A DNA stretch of 64,000 nucleotides from the NCBI GenBank assembly GCA_965248575.1, contig CBDFJQ010000002.1, positions 1,280,001 through 1,344,000 on the forward strand. Direction: 5' to 3'. Position 1 is the first letter of the stretch. The number at the start of each line of letters is the position of its first letter. This DNA is from Planctomycetota bacterium (lineage in GTDB: Bacteria > Planctomycetota > B15-G4). Positions 20,797 through 30,391 of the stretch are shown here, piece after piece. The notes below the pieces were generated by a model. The model was not told the DNA's origin. It saw only the letters and a program-made list of their open reading frames with translations, and made no database searches. The translations under genes and the position numbers were made by a program.

Positions 20797-21162
20797 ATGT
20801 TCCCGACCTCATTTTCCTCCGGCTCAGCCCTTTTCCTCGCCGCGGTCCAGTCCACGGACGGCGTCCCCGCGGAGGAGACAAAGCCCGACTTCTTCTTCAT
20901 GATCGCCATCATCCTGGCGATCTTCTGGTTCGTGGCGATCATGCCCGAACGCAAGCAGCGCAAGAAGAAAGCCGCCATGATGGAGGAGCTGAAGAAGAAC
21001 GATCGCGTGCTGCTCTCGTCCGGCATGTACGCCACCGTCGCCGCGATCGGTGAGCAGGACATCACCGTCAAGTTCGATGATGGTCCCACCCGGGTCAGGG
21101 TCTTGAAGTCCGCCATCTCAACCGTTCTGGACAAGAACGAGGACGGCAACGACAAGAGCTAG
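20797..21162 (+). CDS. yajC: preprotein translocase subunit YajC
   Basis: TM helix followed by P.RKQRK...LKKNDRVL.SSGMYATV...K.AI. Confidence 0.92.
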   Translation: MFPTSFSSGSALFLAAVQSTDGVPAEETKPDFFFMIAIILAIFWFVAIMPERKQRKKKAAMMEELKKNDRVLLSSGMYATVAAIGEQDITVKFDDGPTRVRVLKSAISTVLDKNEDGNDKS

Positions 21163-21166
21163 GACG

Positions 21167-21559
21167 GTGGGACAACTCTCCCATGATCGCGGGCGCCGTG
21201 CCGAGGAGGCAGCTCAGCGTGCGCTGCAGTCGGCTGGCTTCCGGCTGATCGAGAGCAACTTCCGTATCACCGGAGCCGAGATCGATGTGGTCTGTCGGGA
21301 TGGCGATGGTGTCGTCTTCGCCGAAGTCCGGGGACGCGGCCCTGGGCTCGTCGCACCGTCTGCAACCCTGGACGGCCGCAAGCTGAAGTTCTTGATGCGA
21401 GGCGCCCGGGCGTGGCTGGCCCAGCACGGCCAGGCGCGTAGCGCTTGGCGCTTCGTGGTGGTCGAGGTGGGGCTTGATGAAGATGGGCGCCCCATCTCCA
21501 CCGAAATCATCGAAGACCCCTTTGTTCATCTGCCGGAGTTTCATCGTGGTGACGACTAG
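21167..21559 (+). CDS. yraN: YraN/UPF0102 family PD-(D/E)xK nuclease-like protein
   Basis: GRRAEEAA...G FRLIESNFR...EIDVV.RDG...VFAEVR...RF.VVEV. Confidence 0.85.
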   Translation: MGQLSHDRGRRAEEAAQRALQSAGFRLIESNFRITGAEIDVVCRDGDGVVFAEVRGRGPGLVAPSATLDGRKLKFLMRGARAWLAQHGQARSAWRFVVVEVGLDEDGRPISTEIIEDPFVHLPEFHRGDD

Positions 21560-22919
21560 GACATCCCCGCGCGTCCAGGCCCTCAGCCTGAGCGCCGCCT
21601 TCCTGATGCTCGCGCTCGCCCTCGCAGGCTGCGCGGATCTCCACGCCCAGACCCACCGGGACGGTTGGAAGCCTGCGAGAAACGACTGGAACCATGTCCC
21701 GCGCGCCATGGAACCTGCGGTGCACGTCGACGCAGCCAACCCGAGCGAGTTTTCACGCCGCCGCGCAGCCCTCGCAGCGGCCATGGGCGGCCCCTCGGCC
21801 ATCTGGATTCCCGCCCGAGGCTTCGATGAAGTCGACCCCTTCTTCCAAGAGGACGACTTCTACTACCTCTCGGGCTCCGAGATCCCCGACATCGCCCTGC
21901 TGATGGTGATCGACGAGCACGGAGAGCTCACGGGCGACACCTTGTTCCTGCCTGCAAAGGACCCGAACTTCGAGCTCTGGAACGGCGCTCGCCTCGCTCC
22001 CGGAAGCGCAGCCGCCGCCCAGACAGGCTTCCGGGACACCGCGGCCCTGCCCCAGGCCGATGCGGAGTGGAGCCAACTGCTGGCCCAGAGCGGCGCCCCC
22101 CTGATCCATGTCCTGGGCGAGCCCGGCTGGGCTGCGCCCGAGGGCGTGGAGCTGGCTGTGGCCAACCGACGAGACCCCGAAAGTCTACGAGCCACTCTCT
22201 CGGCGCAGCGCCTCGTGAAATCCGAGTACGAGATCGCATGCCTCCAAGCGGCCATCGACATCACCTGTGCAGCTTTGCGCAATGCCGTGACCGAGATCCA
22301 ACCGGAAGCCTGGGAGTATCAGGCCCAGGGAGCCCTTGAAGGGGCCTACCTGCGCATGGGCAGCGAACGCCCTGGCTTCTCCTCCATCTTCGGTTCCGGG
22401 CCCAATTCCGTGACGCTGCACTACAACAGCAACCGCCGACAGATGCAGGACGGCGAGCTGATGGTCATGGATGTTGGGGCCAAGTACCGCTACTACTGCG
22501 CCGATGTGAGCCGCACGGTGCCGGTCAATGGCCGTTTCACCGAGCGCCAGCGGGAGGTCTACGAGACCGTCCTTGCTGCCCAGACGGCGGCGGCAAATGC
22601 AGCGCGCCCCGGGATGACAATCAAGGACCTGGACGACATCGCCCGAAAGGTGATCGAGGACGCCGGTTTCGAGCGGAAGCACTTCCCTCACTCCGTCGGC
22701 CACTGGATCGGTCTGGACGTCCACGACGTGGGCGGCAGAGTCCCCATCGTGGAAGGATCCTTGTTCACCATCGAGCCGGGCATCTACATCGCGGAGGAGT
22801 CCTTGGGGGTGCGCATCGAAGATGACTACCTCATGACCGCAGATGGTGCCGTGAAGCTCTCGGTGGGCTTCCCGAGCGACCCCGACGACCTGCTGGAGCT
22901 GCTCGCAAGCAGGAAGTGA
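21549..22919 (+). CDS. pepP: Xaa-Pro aminopeptidase (M24B) with lipoprotein signal
   Basis: FFQEDDFYYLSG N-domain, LHY, DVGA...Y.ADVSRT, HSVGHWIGLDVHD, TIEPGIY, GVRIEDD. LAGC lipobox. Start uncertain. Confidence 0.9.
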   Translation: MTTRTSPRVQALSLSAAFLMLALALAGCADLHAQTHRDGWKPARNDWNHVPRAMEPAVHVDAANPSEFSRRRAALAAAMGGPSAIWIPARGFDEVDPFFQEDDFYYLSGSEIPDIALLMVIDEHGELTGDTLFLPAKDPNFELWNGARLAPGSAAAAQTGFRDTAALPQADAEWSQLLAQSGAPLIHVLGEPGWAAPEGVELAVANRRDPESLRATLSAQRLVKSEYEIACLQAAIDITCAALRNAVTEIQPEAWEYQAQGALEGAYLRMGSERPGFSSIFGSGPNSVTLHYNSNRRQMQDGELMVMDVGAKYRYYCADVSRTVPVNGRFTERQREVYETVLAAQTAAANAARPGMTIKDLDDIARKVIEDAGFERKHFPHSVGHWIGLDVHDVGGRVPIVEGSLFTIEPGIYIAEESLGVRIEDDYLMTADGAVKLSVGFPSDPDDLLELLASRK

Positions 22920-22920
22920 C

Positions 22921-24345
22921 GTGAATCGCCGGGCATCCATTTCTATCTTTGCGTTCGTGGAGGCACTCGTCCTCCTGGTCGTGTTGATGCCTGTCGTGCA
23001 CATGCGCTCCTTCACGGAGCGGATGTTTCTCGAGTCCACCGAGCACTTGCCGGAGGTGGCGCCCGACGAAGTCTGGTTCATCGTCCTGCGCTCGCTCCTG
23101 TTGCTGTTGGTCCTCCAGGCCAGCTTCGCGCTGCGCGACCTGTACCGCTGGAATGTGATCGTGCGCCCGCGACAGGTCGTGGTGCGCCTGGTCGAAGCCA
23201 CGATCACCGCTCTGATCGTCATGCCCTTGCTGCACTACGGGCTGGGCATCCTGGACCGCAGCCTCGAGCTGGACGGCATCTTCCAGCGGCTCGAGATCCA
23301 TCCCCTACTCGTGGCCGCCAGCCTGGGCGTCGCCTTCCTCGTGGCCTATGGCCTGCGCCTGCGATTCCCGCGCTGGATTCGTGGCGCCGGCCTCGCCGAA
23401 CGCGTCGCCATCGTGGGCCGCGGCCCCATGGTCGACCTGTGCATCGAGGAAGTGGCACGAGAACATGACCCGAGCATCGACTTGGCAGGAGTCGTGGATG
23501 ACCCGGCCACGGCTTCCCGCGGTCGCACGGTGCTCGGCCCGGCCAGCGACGTCGAGTCCATCGTGCGTCGGAACGAGGTCCAGCGGTTGGTGATCGATCG
23601 CGGCACCGCGATCCCCAACGACATCCTGCTGCGCCTGCGCCTGGCGGATGTCCACATTATCGACACGGCATCCTTCTACGAACGGCTGACGGGTCGACTC
23701 TCACCGGAGAGCTTTCGTGACGATGACCTCTTCCTGGAGCGAGCGGCCAGCAACGTCCTCTACCGCCTGACGAGCCACGTGCTGGACCGGGCCGTCGCGA
23801 TGCTTGGTTTGATTCTCGCGGCCCCCCTGCTCGCCGCGACAGCCCTGGCCATCAAGCTGGAGTCCCGAGGTCCCGTCTTCTACAGCCAGGAGCGCATCGG
23901 CGCGAACGGCAAGCCCTTCCGCATCTACAAGTTTCGTTCCATGCGCCAGGACGCAGAGACCAAGAGCGGCCCCGTGTGGGCGCAGGCGGGAGACACGCGC
24001 GTCACGCGCATCGGCAAGTGGCTTCGCAAGTTGCGCATCGATGAGATCCCACAGCTCTGGTCCGTGATCCGCAACGACATGGCCCTCGTGGGGCCGCGAC
24101 CCGAGCGCGAGTTCTTCATCGAGGAACTCGAGCGGGAGATCCCGCACTACGGCCAACGCCATCTGGTCAAGCCCGGCGTCACGGGCTGGGCGCAGATCAA
24201 CTACAGCTACGGCGCGAGCGTCGACGACGCCTTCATCAAGCTTCAGTTCGATCTCTACTACATCAAGCACCGCAGCCTGGCCATCGACATCGCGATCCTG
24301 TTGCGCACCATCAAGGTCGTCGTGCTGCAGAAGGGCGCCGTCTAG
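22921..24345 (+). CDS. polyprenyl-phosphate sugar phosphotransferase (WcaJ/WbaP-like initiating glycosyltransferase)
   Basis: Four N-terminal TM helices, then KFRSM, D.RVTRIGK.LRK.RIDEIPQL, LVGPRPE, VKPGVTGWAQIN. Confidence 0.95.
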   Translation: MNRRASISIFAFVEALVLLVVLMPVVHMRSFTERMFLESTEHLPEVAPDEVWFIVLRSLLLLLVLQASFALRDLYRWNVIVRPRQVVVRLVEATITALIVMPLLHYGLGILDRSLELDGIFQRLEIHPLLVAASLGVAFLVAYGLRLRFPRWIRGAGLAERVAIVGRGPMVDLCIEEVAREHDPSIDLAGVVDDPATASRGRTVLGPASDVESIVRRNEVQRLVIDRGTAIPNDILLRLRLADVHIIDTASFYERLTGRLSPESFRDDDLFLERAASNVLYRLTSHVLDRAVAMLGLILAAPLLAATALAIKLESRGPVFYSQERIGANGKPFRIYKFRSMRQDAETKSGPVWAQAGDTRVTRIGKWLRKLRIDEIPQLWSVIRNDMALVGPRPEREFFIEELEREIPHYGQRHLVKPGVTGWAQINYSYGASVDDAFIKLQFDLYYIKHRSLAIDIAILLRTIKVVVLQKGAV

Positions 24346-24375
24346 CCCTCGCACAGGGACGCCGGCTCCAGCGCG

Positions 24376-26481
24376 TTAGAGTTCGATGGTCATGGCGATG
24401 CTGCGGACGGTCTCAGGGCCGAGCTTGTGCAACTGTTGCACAAGGACCTGATTGCGGTTGAGGCCCAGCGACTCGAACTCTCCAGCACCCTTCCAGCGAC
24501 GCTCATCCAAGACCTCCACAAAGTCGGCCAGGAGGCGTGCGTACCCACGAGCGTGTTCACTCGCGAGCGCCGCCCCCTCCACGGGCAGGTAGGACAGCGC
24601 GTGGGCCAGGGGAATGCGCGGATCGCGAGCCTCCCGCAGCGCATCCAGCTGCGCCCTGCGCTCCACCTCCGCGCGCACAGCACCCGGGAAGACACCCGCG
24701 GAGAAGACATCGCCCAACTGACCGAAGAAGCCGTTCTCCAGAAAGCGACGGACGTCGATGATGTGTCGCCGCTCATGTAAGGAAAGGGACTCGAGAACCA
24801 ACTCGTCGTAGTCGTCCCCCGCGTCCCGACGCGCCGCCACCGCGATTCGCCAGGCGACATCGAGAGGCTCGCTGAGATCTCGCCGTTGCACGGAACCGGC
24901 AGCCGGCCAGGCTGTCCATGGATGGCCGAGCGCGTCAGGGAAGCCCTGACTTTGGGCGACCACTTGCTCGAGGTCCAAGAACACGAAGCGGTCCAAGCCC
25001 GCGCCAGCAAAGCGCGCCCCCTGGCTCGCCGCGAAGCCCGGAACGCGCTGACGAAGCACATGACACTCGTCGTACAGCCCCCCCGGCGGATCGGGGAGCT
25101 CGCGCACTGTCACGTCAGCCAGGTCGTACCAGGTCAGCTCAGGCGGCATCCCCAGGGCTTTCCCAGCCGCGATGAAGGTCTGGGGCATCCGCTCTCGCAG
25201 GGCCCGCGTGTCGAGCATGTCGCCAAACAGTCCGTAATCGATACGCGGCACGTCCTCGAGAGTGACGTGAGAACCCAGGGGGTCGGCGCGCTCATCCAGG
25301 AGCTCGAGGAATCTCTGCAAGGAAAGAGCGTCCCCCGACTTCAGGACCCTTCCGTAGCTTTCCCTCGCCGCGAGATCCCACTCGTGTGCCAAGCGTAGGG
25401 TGTCCAAGGCAGGAGAGCCGACTCGCTGCGTGGCTTCATCCACCTGGTTCTCCCATCCCGGAAGAACACCTTGCAGCGCCGTGGACTCGTGCTGCGCACC
25501 GTGCTCCGTACGTCGCTGCGCGGCCAAGCGCTGCTGCCAGCGCGCCAGTTGACGGCCCGTGCTCGTCAACGGACCGTAGTCTCCCAACTGCTCGGCGGCG
25601 GTACCGGTTGAGGATGGGTTGGCCCGCATCGAGGAAGCGAGAGCTACCGCATGGGACAGGTCACCTGATCGTTCAGCCAACCGCGAGCACAGGCCTTGCT
25701 CCGCTGCGTGCATCAGGCGCTCGGCGGAAGGATCCGACGCGATCGAGCCCGCCGCCAAAGCCGCTGCCACACGGTGCTCCACGGACGCCAAGGGCACCAG
25801 CTCCAGGATCTGCTGGAGCAGCTGTACTGAGCGGGGGACCGCATGCCCACTGGAGAGGTCCATCAACAAGCCGTCGCCCGCCATCACGAGCCGCCCTGTG
25901 TAGGCGGCGAGCTGCCGGCGGAGCAGGCGCAAGCGTGCTGTGTCCACGGTTGCCCCCAGCAGCAGCTGCTCGGCCTCCGTGAATTGGCCCCGTCCCAGCA
26001 GGGATTCAACGAGCAGGGCCAAGGCTTCGGGTCCGCCCGGAGAGGCACCCAGAGCAGACCGGGCCATGGACTCCCTGCGGGAGGAGGTGCCGGACAGACG
26101 CACCTCCTCGAGCAGCAGGGCGGGATGGCCGTCCTGTTCCCTGGCCGTCGTGCCCAGCCACTCCCGGGCGCGCGCGCGGCTGGCGAAGTAACGGCAAGCC
26201 AGCCACGAGCCGGAGGCCCTGAGCTGCGAGAGGACCTTGGACCGCCCCTCCTCGCTCACAGCCACGTCCGCTAGGGCGCGCTCACGGAAGAGCGGGTCGT
26301 TCACCTGCGTCGCAGCTGTCCGAGCCGCCTCGACATCGCCTCGAGCCAAACCCAGCCAGACCTGGTCGAGTGCGGCGTCGTCCTGGGTCAGCTCCACCGA
26401 CCCGGGGGATGCGCAGGCGGTCACCATGCCCATCAGGGCCAAAAACATCGCCCAACAGCCTGCCCTCCAGGACGTCTTCAT
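24376..26481 (-). CDS. hypothetical lipoprotein with a C-terminal HExxH motif
   Basis: 701-aa ORF filling the gap, signal peptide with VTAC lipobox, helical body, HERRH near the C-terminus. Confidence 0.7.
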   Translation of the reverse strand: MKTSWRAGCWAMFLALMGMVTACASPGSVELTQDDAALDQVWLGLARGDVEAARTAATQVNDPLFRERALADVAVSEEGRSKVLSQLRASGSWLACRYFASRARAREWLGTTAREQDGHPALLLEEVRLSGTSSRRESMARSALGASPGGPEALALLVESLLGRGQFTEAEQLLLGATVDTARLRLLRRQLAAYTGRLVMAGDGLLMDLSSGHAVPRSVQLLQQILELVPLASVEHRVAAALAAGSIASDPSAERLMHAAEQGLCSRLAERSGDLSHAVALASSMRANPSSTGTAAEQLGDYGPLTSTGRQLARWQQRLAAQRRTEHGAQHESTALQGVLPGWENQVDEATQRVGSPALDTLRLAHEWDLAARESYGRVLKSGDALSLQRFLELLDERADPLGSHVTLEDVPRIDYGLFGDMLDTRALRERMPQTFIAAGKALGMPPELTWYDLADVTVRELPDPPGGLYDECHVLRQRVPGFAASQGARFAGAGLDRFVFLDLEQVVAQSQGFPDALGHPWTAWPAAGSVQRRDLSEPLDVAWRIAVAARRDAGDDYDELVLESLSLHERRHIIDVRRFLENGFFGQLGDVFSAGVFPGAVRAEVERRAQLDALREARDPRIPLAHALSYLPVEGAALASEHARGYARLLADFVEVLDERRWKGAGEFESLGLNRNQVLVQQLHKLGPETVRSIAMTIEL

Positions 26482-26651
26482 AAAGAACGCCTCATCAGAG
26501 ACTTATGCATGTTTGCAAGATGTTCGGGTGCCCCTCAGGGCCAAAGACGCTGAATCCGCTTCCCGGTGCCCGCGTGCCACATCCGATCAGATATCGCCGT
26601 AACGACTTACTAGCAAGGCACTTAAAAAACATCTCAAGTTACACCCGTGAA

Positions 26652-26668
26652 TTGGCACGGCAGTTGAT
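26652..26668 (+). promoter_or_regulatory. sigma-54 (-24/-12) promoter
   Basis: TTGGCACGGCAGTTGAT versus consensus TGGCACG-N4-TTGC. GG (26654-55) and GA (26666-67) are separated by exactly 10 nt. AT-rich tract upstream. Confidence 0.65.
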
Positions 26669-26678
26669 AAGGGAGTTG

Positions 26679-26808
26679 GTGCCGAGGATTTTTCGGATGC
26701 TCAATCCTGCGGCTGACTGGGATCGGGCCCGGGCAGTCGCATTACAGGATTGTAAGGGAGGAGGATAGGGTCGGCTCCCACGCGGAGCCGACCCTATCTC
26801 TTTTTTTT
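26679..26808 (+). ncRNA. candidate GGA-rich small RNA (CsrA/RsmA-binding type) or attenuator leader
   Basis: Bounded by the sigma-54 motif and an intrinsic terminator. Eight GGA motifs, including the hairpin TTACA-GGAT-TGTAA. Confidence 0.55.
26763..26808 (+). terminator. Rho-independent terminator
   Basis: GGATAGGGTCGGCTCC-cacgc-GGAGCCGACCCTATCT, a stem of about 16 bp, followed by C and T8. Confidence 0.9.
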
Positions 26809-26875
26809 GGCGCGCCGCTTTTTTCCCAGCCGCAAGGGGAACGCAACAGGGCTTGGGGGTAGCCTTCCGCACTCC

Positions 26876-29800
26876 ATGCTGGTTTTCCGCGTCGGCAAAG
26901 TCATGGCTCTGTGGGGGTCGGTGCTCGTACTGAGCACCCACGCCTATTTCCGGAGCGTGGCAGCCTCCACCATCGACTCTCGCCTGCTGTGGGGGCTCCC
27001 CGTCATCCTGGGAGCGCTTCTGCTCGGGCATCTGCTCGCCCTGGCCGTTCCTTCGGCCCGGAGGCGCAGGCTCGACGCAGATCAGCACGGCCTGAGCCTG
27101 CTCGTGGCAGCCATCTGCCTGGAAGCGTTTTCACACGTGGAAGCGCACACCTCGATCCGGGTCCTGCGTGAGGAGGTTCCGCAGATTCTGGGCTGGATCT
27201 ACCCCACCATGGTCCTGCTCACGCCGCTCGGACTGAAGCTCAGCAGTTCGCTGCGATCCGCAGCCGACCAAGGCTTGTGGATCAGCCTCTCGCTCTGCAG
27301 CCTGAGTGGTGCCGTGGTGCTGCTCAGCGCCCCTGCGGCTCTTTGCCTGGGCTTCATCGCCTTGGTCATGCAGTTCGACGATGGAGGTGGGCGCGTTCAA
27401 CGCAGCCCGCTCTTGCTCTTCGCCACCCTGGTGGTGGGCCTGCTCTTGCTGAGTTCGTGGGTGGGGCTCAACCCGCTGCACGCCGCACCCAGCCGCGCGT
27501 GGATTCTCGCCGCCGCCAGCACGGGCCTGGCCATCGCCGTACGCCCCCGCAAGCGCGCCGACTGGCGCTGGATCCTCTCGGCACCGCTTGCCACGGCTCT
27601 GCTGATTGCCCTGAGCGCCCTGCTGCTCACGGTCTACCTGGGTGTTCAAGTGGACTGGCTCCCTGCCCTGCGCACGCGCCTCACCGTCTTCCGCCAGCAC
27701 CCGAATTTCCTGGCGCCCTTCCTGGCCTTCCAGTCGCTGGTGGCGCTGGGCCTCGCGCTCAGCGAAAGGCGCTTCCGCCTGACGGGCCTGGCATGCAGCG
27801 CGCTGCTCGCCGCGTCGACCGTGATGACCGACTCACGCACTGGCATCGGCGCCCTCGCCCTCGCCCTGCTCACGCTTCCCATCTTGTATGGCCTGGCTCG
27901 ACTCAGCGCCAAACTCCAGCGACGCCTTGCCTGGGCGACCTTGGTCGGTGCCCCGCTGCTGCTGGGCGGCGTCTTGTGGTCGCAACAAAACGACTCGGGT
28001 GAGAGCTCCCTCTTGCAGGCGGCCTCGAAGCTGGAACGTTTTGACGCCTCCATGGAATACAGGGTCGACGCTTGGTGGAACAGCATCGACATCATCAAGA
28101 CCAACCCGCTGCTGGGCATTGGACCGGGCACCTTCGTCTCGGTGCGGCGGTTCCAGCCCGGTAGCCGCTTCTTCAACGAGCCCGAGTCGCCGCACCCTCA
28201 CAACGTGCTGCTATATGTGGGCCAGGCTGCGGGCATCCCCGCCGCCCTCTTGAGCCTCGCCTGGCTGCTGGCCCTGCTCAAGGTCTTGTGGACGGGCTTC
28301 GGGTCAGGCTCCCATGAGGCTCCGCGCTTCCTGCTTGCCACGCTGATCGCCGCGACGGTGGGCCTCGCAGCTGCGAGCTGTCTGGACCTGGGACTCTCCC
28401 TGCAAACCGTCTTGCCCGCACCCATCTTTGTGCTGACCGGCCTGGCGCTGGGCTCGGCCACCCTTCATGAGCGACGACGACGGGAAGGACCTGCACTGCT
28501 CTGGACCCTGCCTTTGGCGCTCTTGATGGTGCCCGATGGATTGCAGGCGATACGCGCTCGAAGCGACCTCGAGCAGGCCAAGCTCATGTGGTACCTCGCA
28601 GGCCAGCGTCGCGGCGATGCCGATCAGTTGCGGGACTCGTCGCGCGAGGTCCTCGCCCAAGCCATCCAGCGCGACCCTGACCTTGCACCCGCCTACGACC
28701 TCCTGGCCCGCTGGACCGAAAACGCCGACGGCGGCTTCCTGGCGGCCAAGCAGGTGCTGGAAGACCTCGTGCAACGGGCTGAGACCTACGGACCGAGCCT
28801 GAGTCTGCTCGGGCACCTCTACATGCGACACGGCATGTACACCGAAGCCAGCACCTGGCTCGAACGAGGCCTCGCTTGCAGCCACGGGAGCGTGCATCTC
28901 ACCCGCGACCGGGCCGATGTCATCCTCAGCCTGGCGCGCCTGGGCCAACGCCAGGAATGCCTCGAACAGATCGCGTCCGCCTTGCGCCTCGGATCCGGCG
29001 TCGTCGATGAGCTGCCTTTCGTGTGGAGAGCGGAGATCCAGGAATACCTGCTCACGCTAGGAGGCGACCCCAGCTTGGCCCCCATCCGTCTCTCGGAAGC
29101 GGCAGAGATCCTCTTCGCGCGCAACATCGCGCTCGAGGAAGCCACCCAACCCGTCGGCCGGCAATTCTGGATGGCCACCTACAACGCCTATCGGCGTGCT
29201 GACAAGGACAGCGGCGCGGCGGATGTCCTCAACTACATCGAGCAGCATCAGATCTTCGATGAGCCCCACACCCTCGCGTACGAACGCGGGCGGATGAAGC
29301 TGGATGCCGAGGACCTCGAGGGAGCGCTCGAGTTGTTCGAGACCGCGGCCGACGTGGCGCCGAGCACGTCCGCTCCCTACTTCCGCATGGCGGCCACCGA
29401 CGTGCGCCGTCTCCAGGGAAAGGTGACCGAAGCGGCGGAGCAGACCGCCGATGCCTTTGCGGCCACCGGCGAGATCCTCGACCGGCCGATGGCCTTCCTC
29501 GAGAGCCTCGAACTGCAATCGTCCGTTGCCCTCGCCAAGGGCGATGCAGCGAGTGCGGCACAGCTGCTCGAGCGCACCCTGCTGTATGAGGACGAACTGG
29601 AAGCACGGGCTGCCCGCTGGGAGCGCGTCGGTGATCTCTACCGGCTCGCTGGCGACGGGAAGGAAGGCGTCCGTGCCTATGGAGAGGCGCTGGTTCATCT
29701 CAACGCCAAGCCCTTCGGCTTGCCGAACCTCCAACTCGGTCAGGTTCGCTCCATCCCGGGTCGCATTGCGCAATCGCTGTGCAGCACCTGGCGAGAGATG

Positions 29801-30391
29801 GGCCTGGACCAGCAGGGCATTCAAGAGGCTGCCTGGGGCCTTCCGGATTTCTTCTCTCCACGCACGGCCTGGTCCCTGCTGCGCATGGCGCTCTACTACG
29901 AGAACGGACAACCCGATGCCCTCTTGCGTGAAGCGGACCTCCAGCTGCTGCGTGACGGGCACAACGGATTGGCTCTTTGGGCACGCCTCGACGCCCTCGA
30001 GGGTCTCGGACAGTGGAACAACCTGCGCGACACCATGCGCGACCTGGCGGAGCAGTTTGCAGTTCAGTACTCCGTGGAAGAGGTGTACCGCCAAGCCGTG
30101 ATCTCCGGAGCCTCCCGGGCCCACGACCCCGACGCGTGGTTCGAGATCGCCATCCTCAATCTGCTTCGGGGCCGCTATCAGGAAGCGGCAGACATGTTCG
30201 GCAACGCCCTTGAACGCACCGAGGGAGCTCCCCATGCGGCAGCCCATCTCCTGGGTTGGCAGGCACGGGCGACCTACCTCGCGGACAGCCCGCGAGCCCG
30301 TCGTGCTGCGCGTGCCCTGTTGCAGCAGGGCCTCGAACAGGTGCCCGATTGCGGAATGCTCCGGGCACGCTTGGAGGGCCTGCCGGAATGA
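26876..30391 (+). CDS. O-antigen ligase/Wzy_C-family polytopic membrane protein with a large C-terminal TPR region
   Basis: Many TM helices, F.QHPNFLA, T.SRTG, R...W......NPLLGIGPGTF, HPHN motifs, then about 600 aa of TPR-like helices. Start uncertain. Confidence 0.88.
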   Translation: MLVFRVGKVMALWGSVLVLSTHAYFRSVAASTIDSRLLWGLPVILGALLLGHLLALAVPSARRRRLDADQHGLSLLVAAICLEAFSHVEAHTSIRVLREEVPQILGWIYPTMVLLTPLGLKLSSSLRSAADQGLWISLSLCSLSGAVVLLSAPAALCLGFIALVMQFDDGGGRVQRSPLLLFATLVVGLLLLSSWVGLNPLHAAPSRAWILAAASTGLAIAVRPRKRADWRWILSAPLATALLIALSALLLTVYLGVQVDWLPALRTRLTVFRQHPNFLAPFLAFQSLVALGLALSERRFRLTGLACSALLAASTVMTDSRTGIGALALALLTLPILYGLARLSAKLQRRLAWATLVGAPLLLGGVLWSQQNDSGESSLLQAASKLERFDASMEYRVDAWWNSIDIIKTNPLLGIGPGTFVSVRRFQPGSRFFNEPESPHPHNVLLYVGQAAGIPAALLSLAWLLALLKVLWTGFGSGSHEAPRFLLATLIAATVGLAAASCLDLGLSLQTVLPAPIFVLTGLALGSATLHERRRREGPALLWTLPLALLMVPDGLQAIRARSDLEQAKLMWYLAGQRRGDADQLRDSSREVLAQAIQRDPDLAPAYDLLARWTENADGGFLAAKQVLEDLVQRAETYGPSLSLLGHLYMRHGMYTEASTWLERGLACSHGSVHLTRDRADVILSLARLGQRQECLEQIASALRLGSGVVDELPFVWRAEIQEYLLTLGGDPSLAPIRLSEAAEILFARNIALEEATQPVGRQFWMATYNAYRRADKDSGAADVLNYIEQHQIFDEPHTLAYERGRMKLDAEDLEGALELFETAADVAPSTSAPYFRMAATDVRRLQGKVTEAAEQTADAFAATGEILDRPMAFLESLELQSSVALAKGDAASAAQLLERTLLYEDELEARAARWERVGDLYRLAGDGKEGVRAYGEALVHLNAKPFGLPNLQLGQVRSIPGRIAQSLCSTWREMGLDQQGIQEAAWGLPDFFSPRTAWSLLRMALYYENGQPDALLREADLQLLRDGHNGLALWARLDALEGLGQWNNLRDTMRDLAEQFAVQYSVEEVYRQAVISGASRAHDPDAWFEIAILNLLRGRYQEAADMFGNALERTEGAPHAAAHLLGWQARATYLADSPRARRAARALLQQGLEQVPDCGMLRARLEGLPE

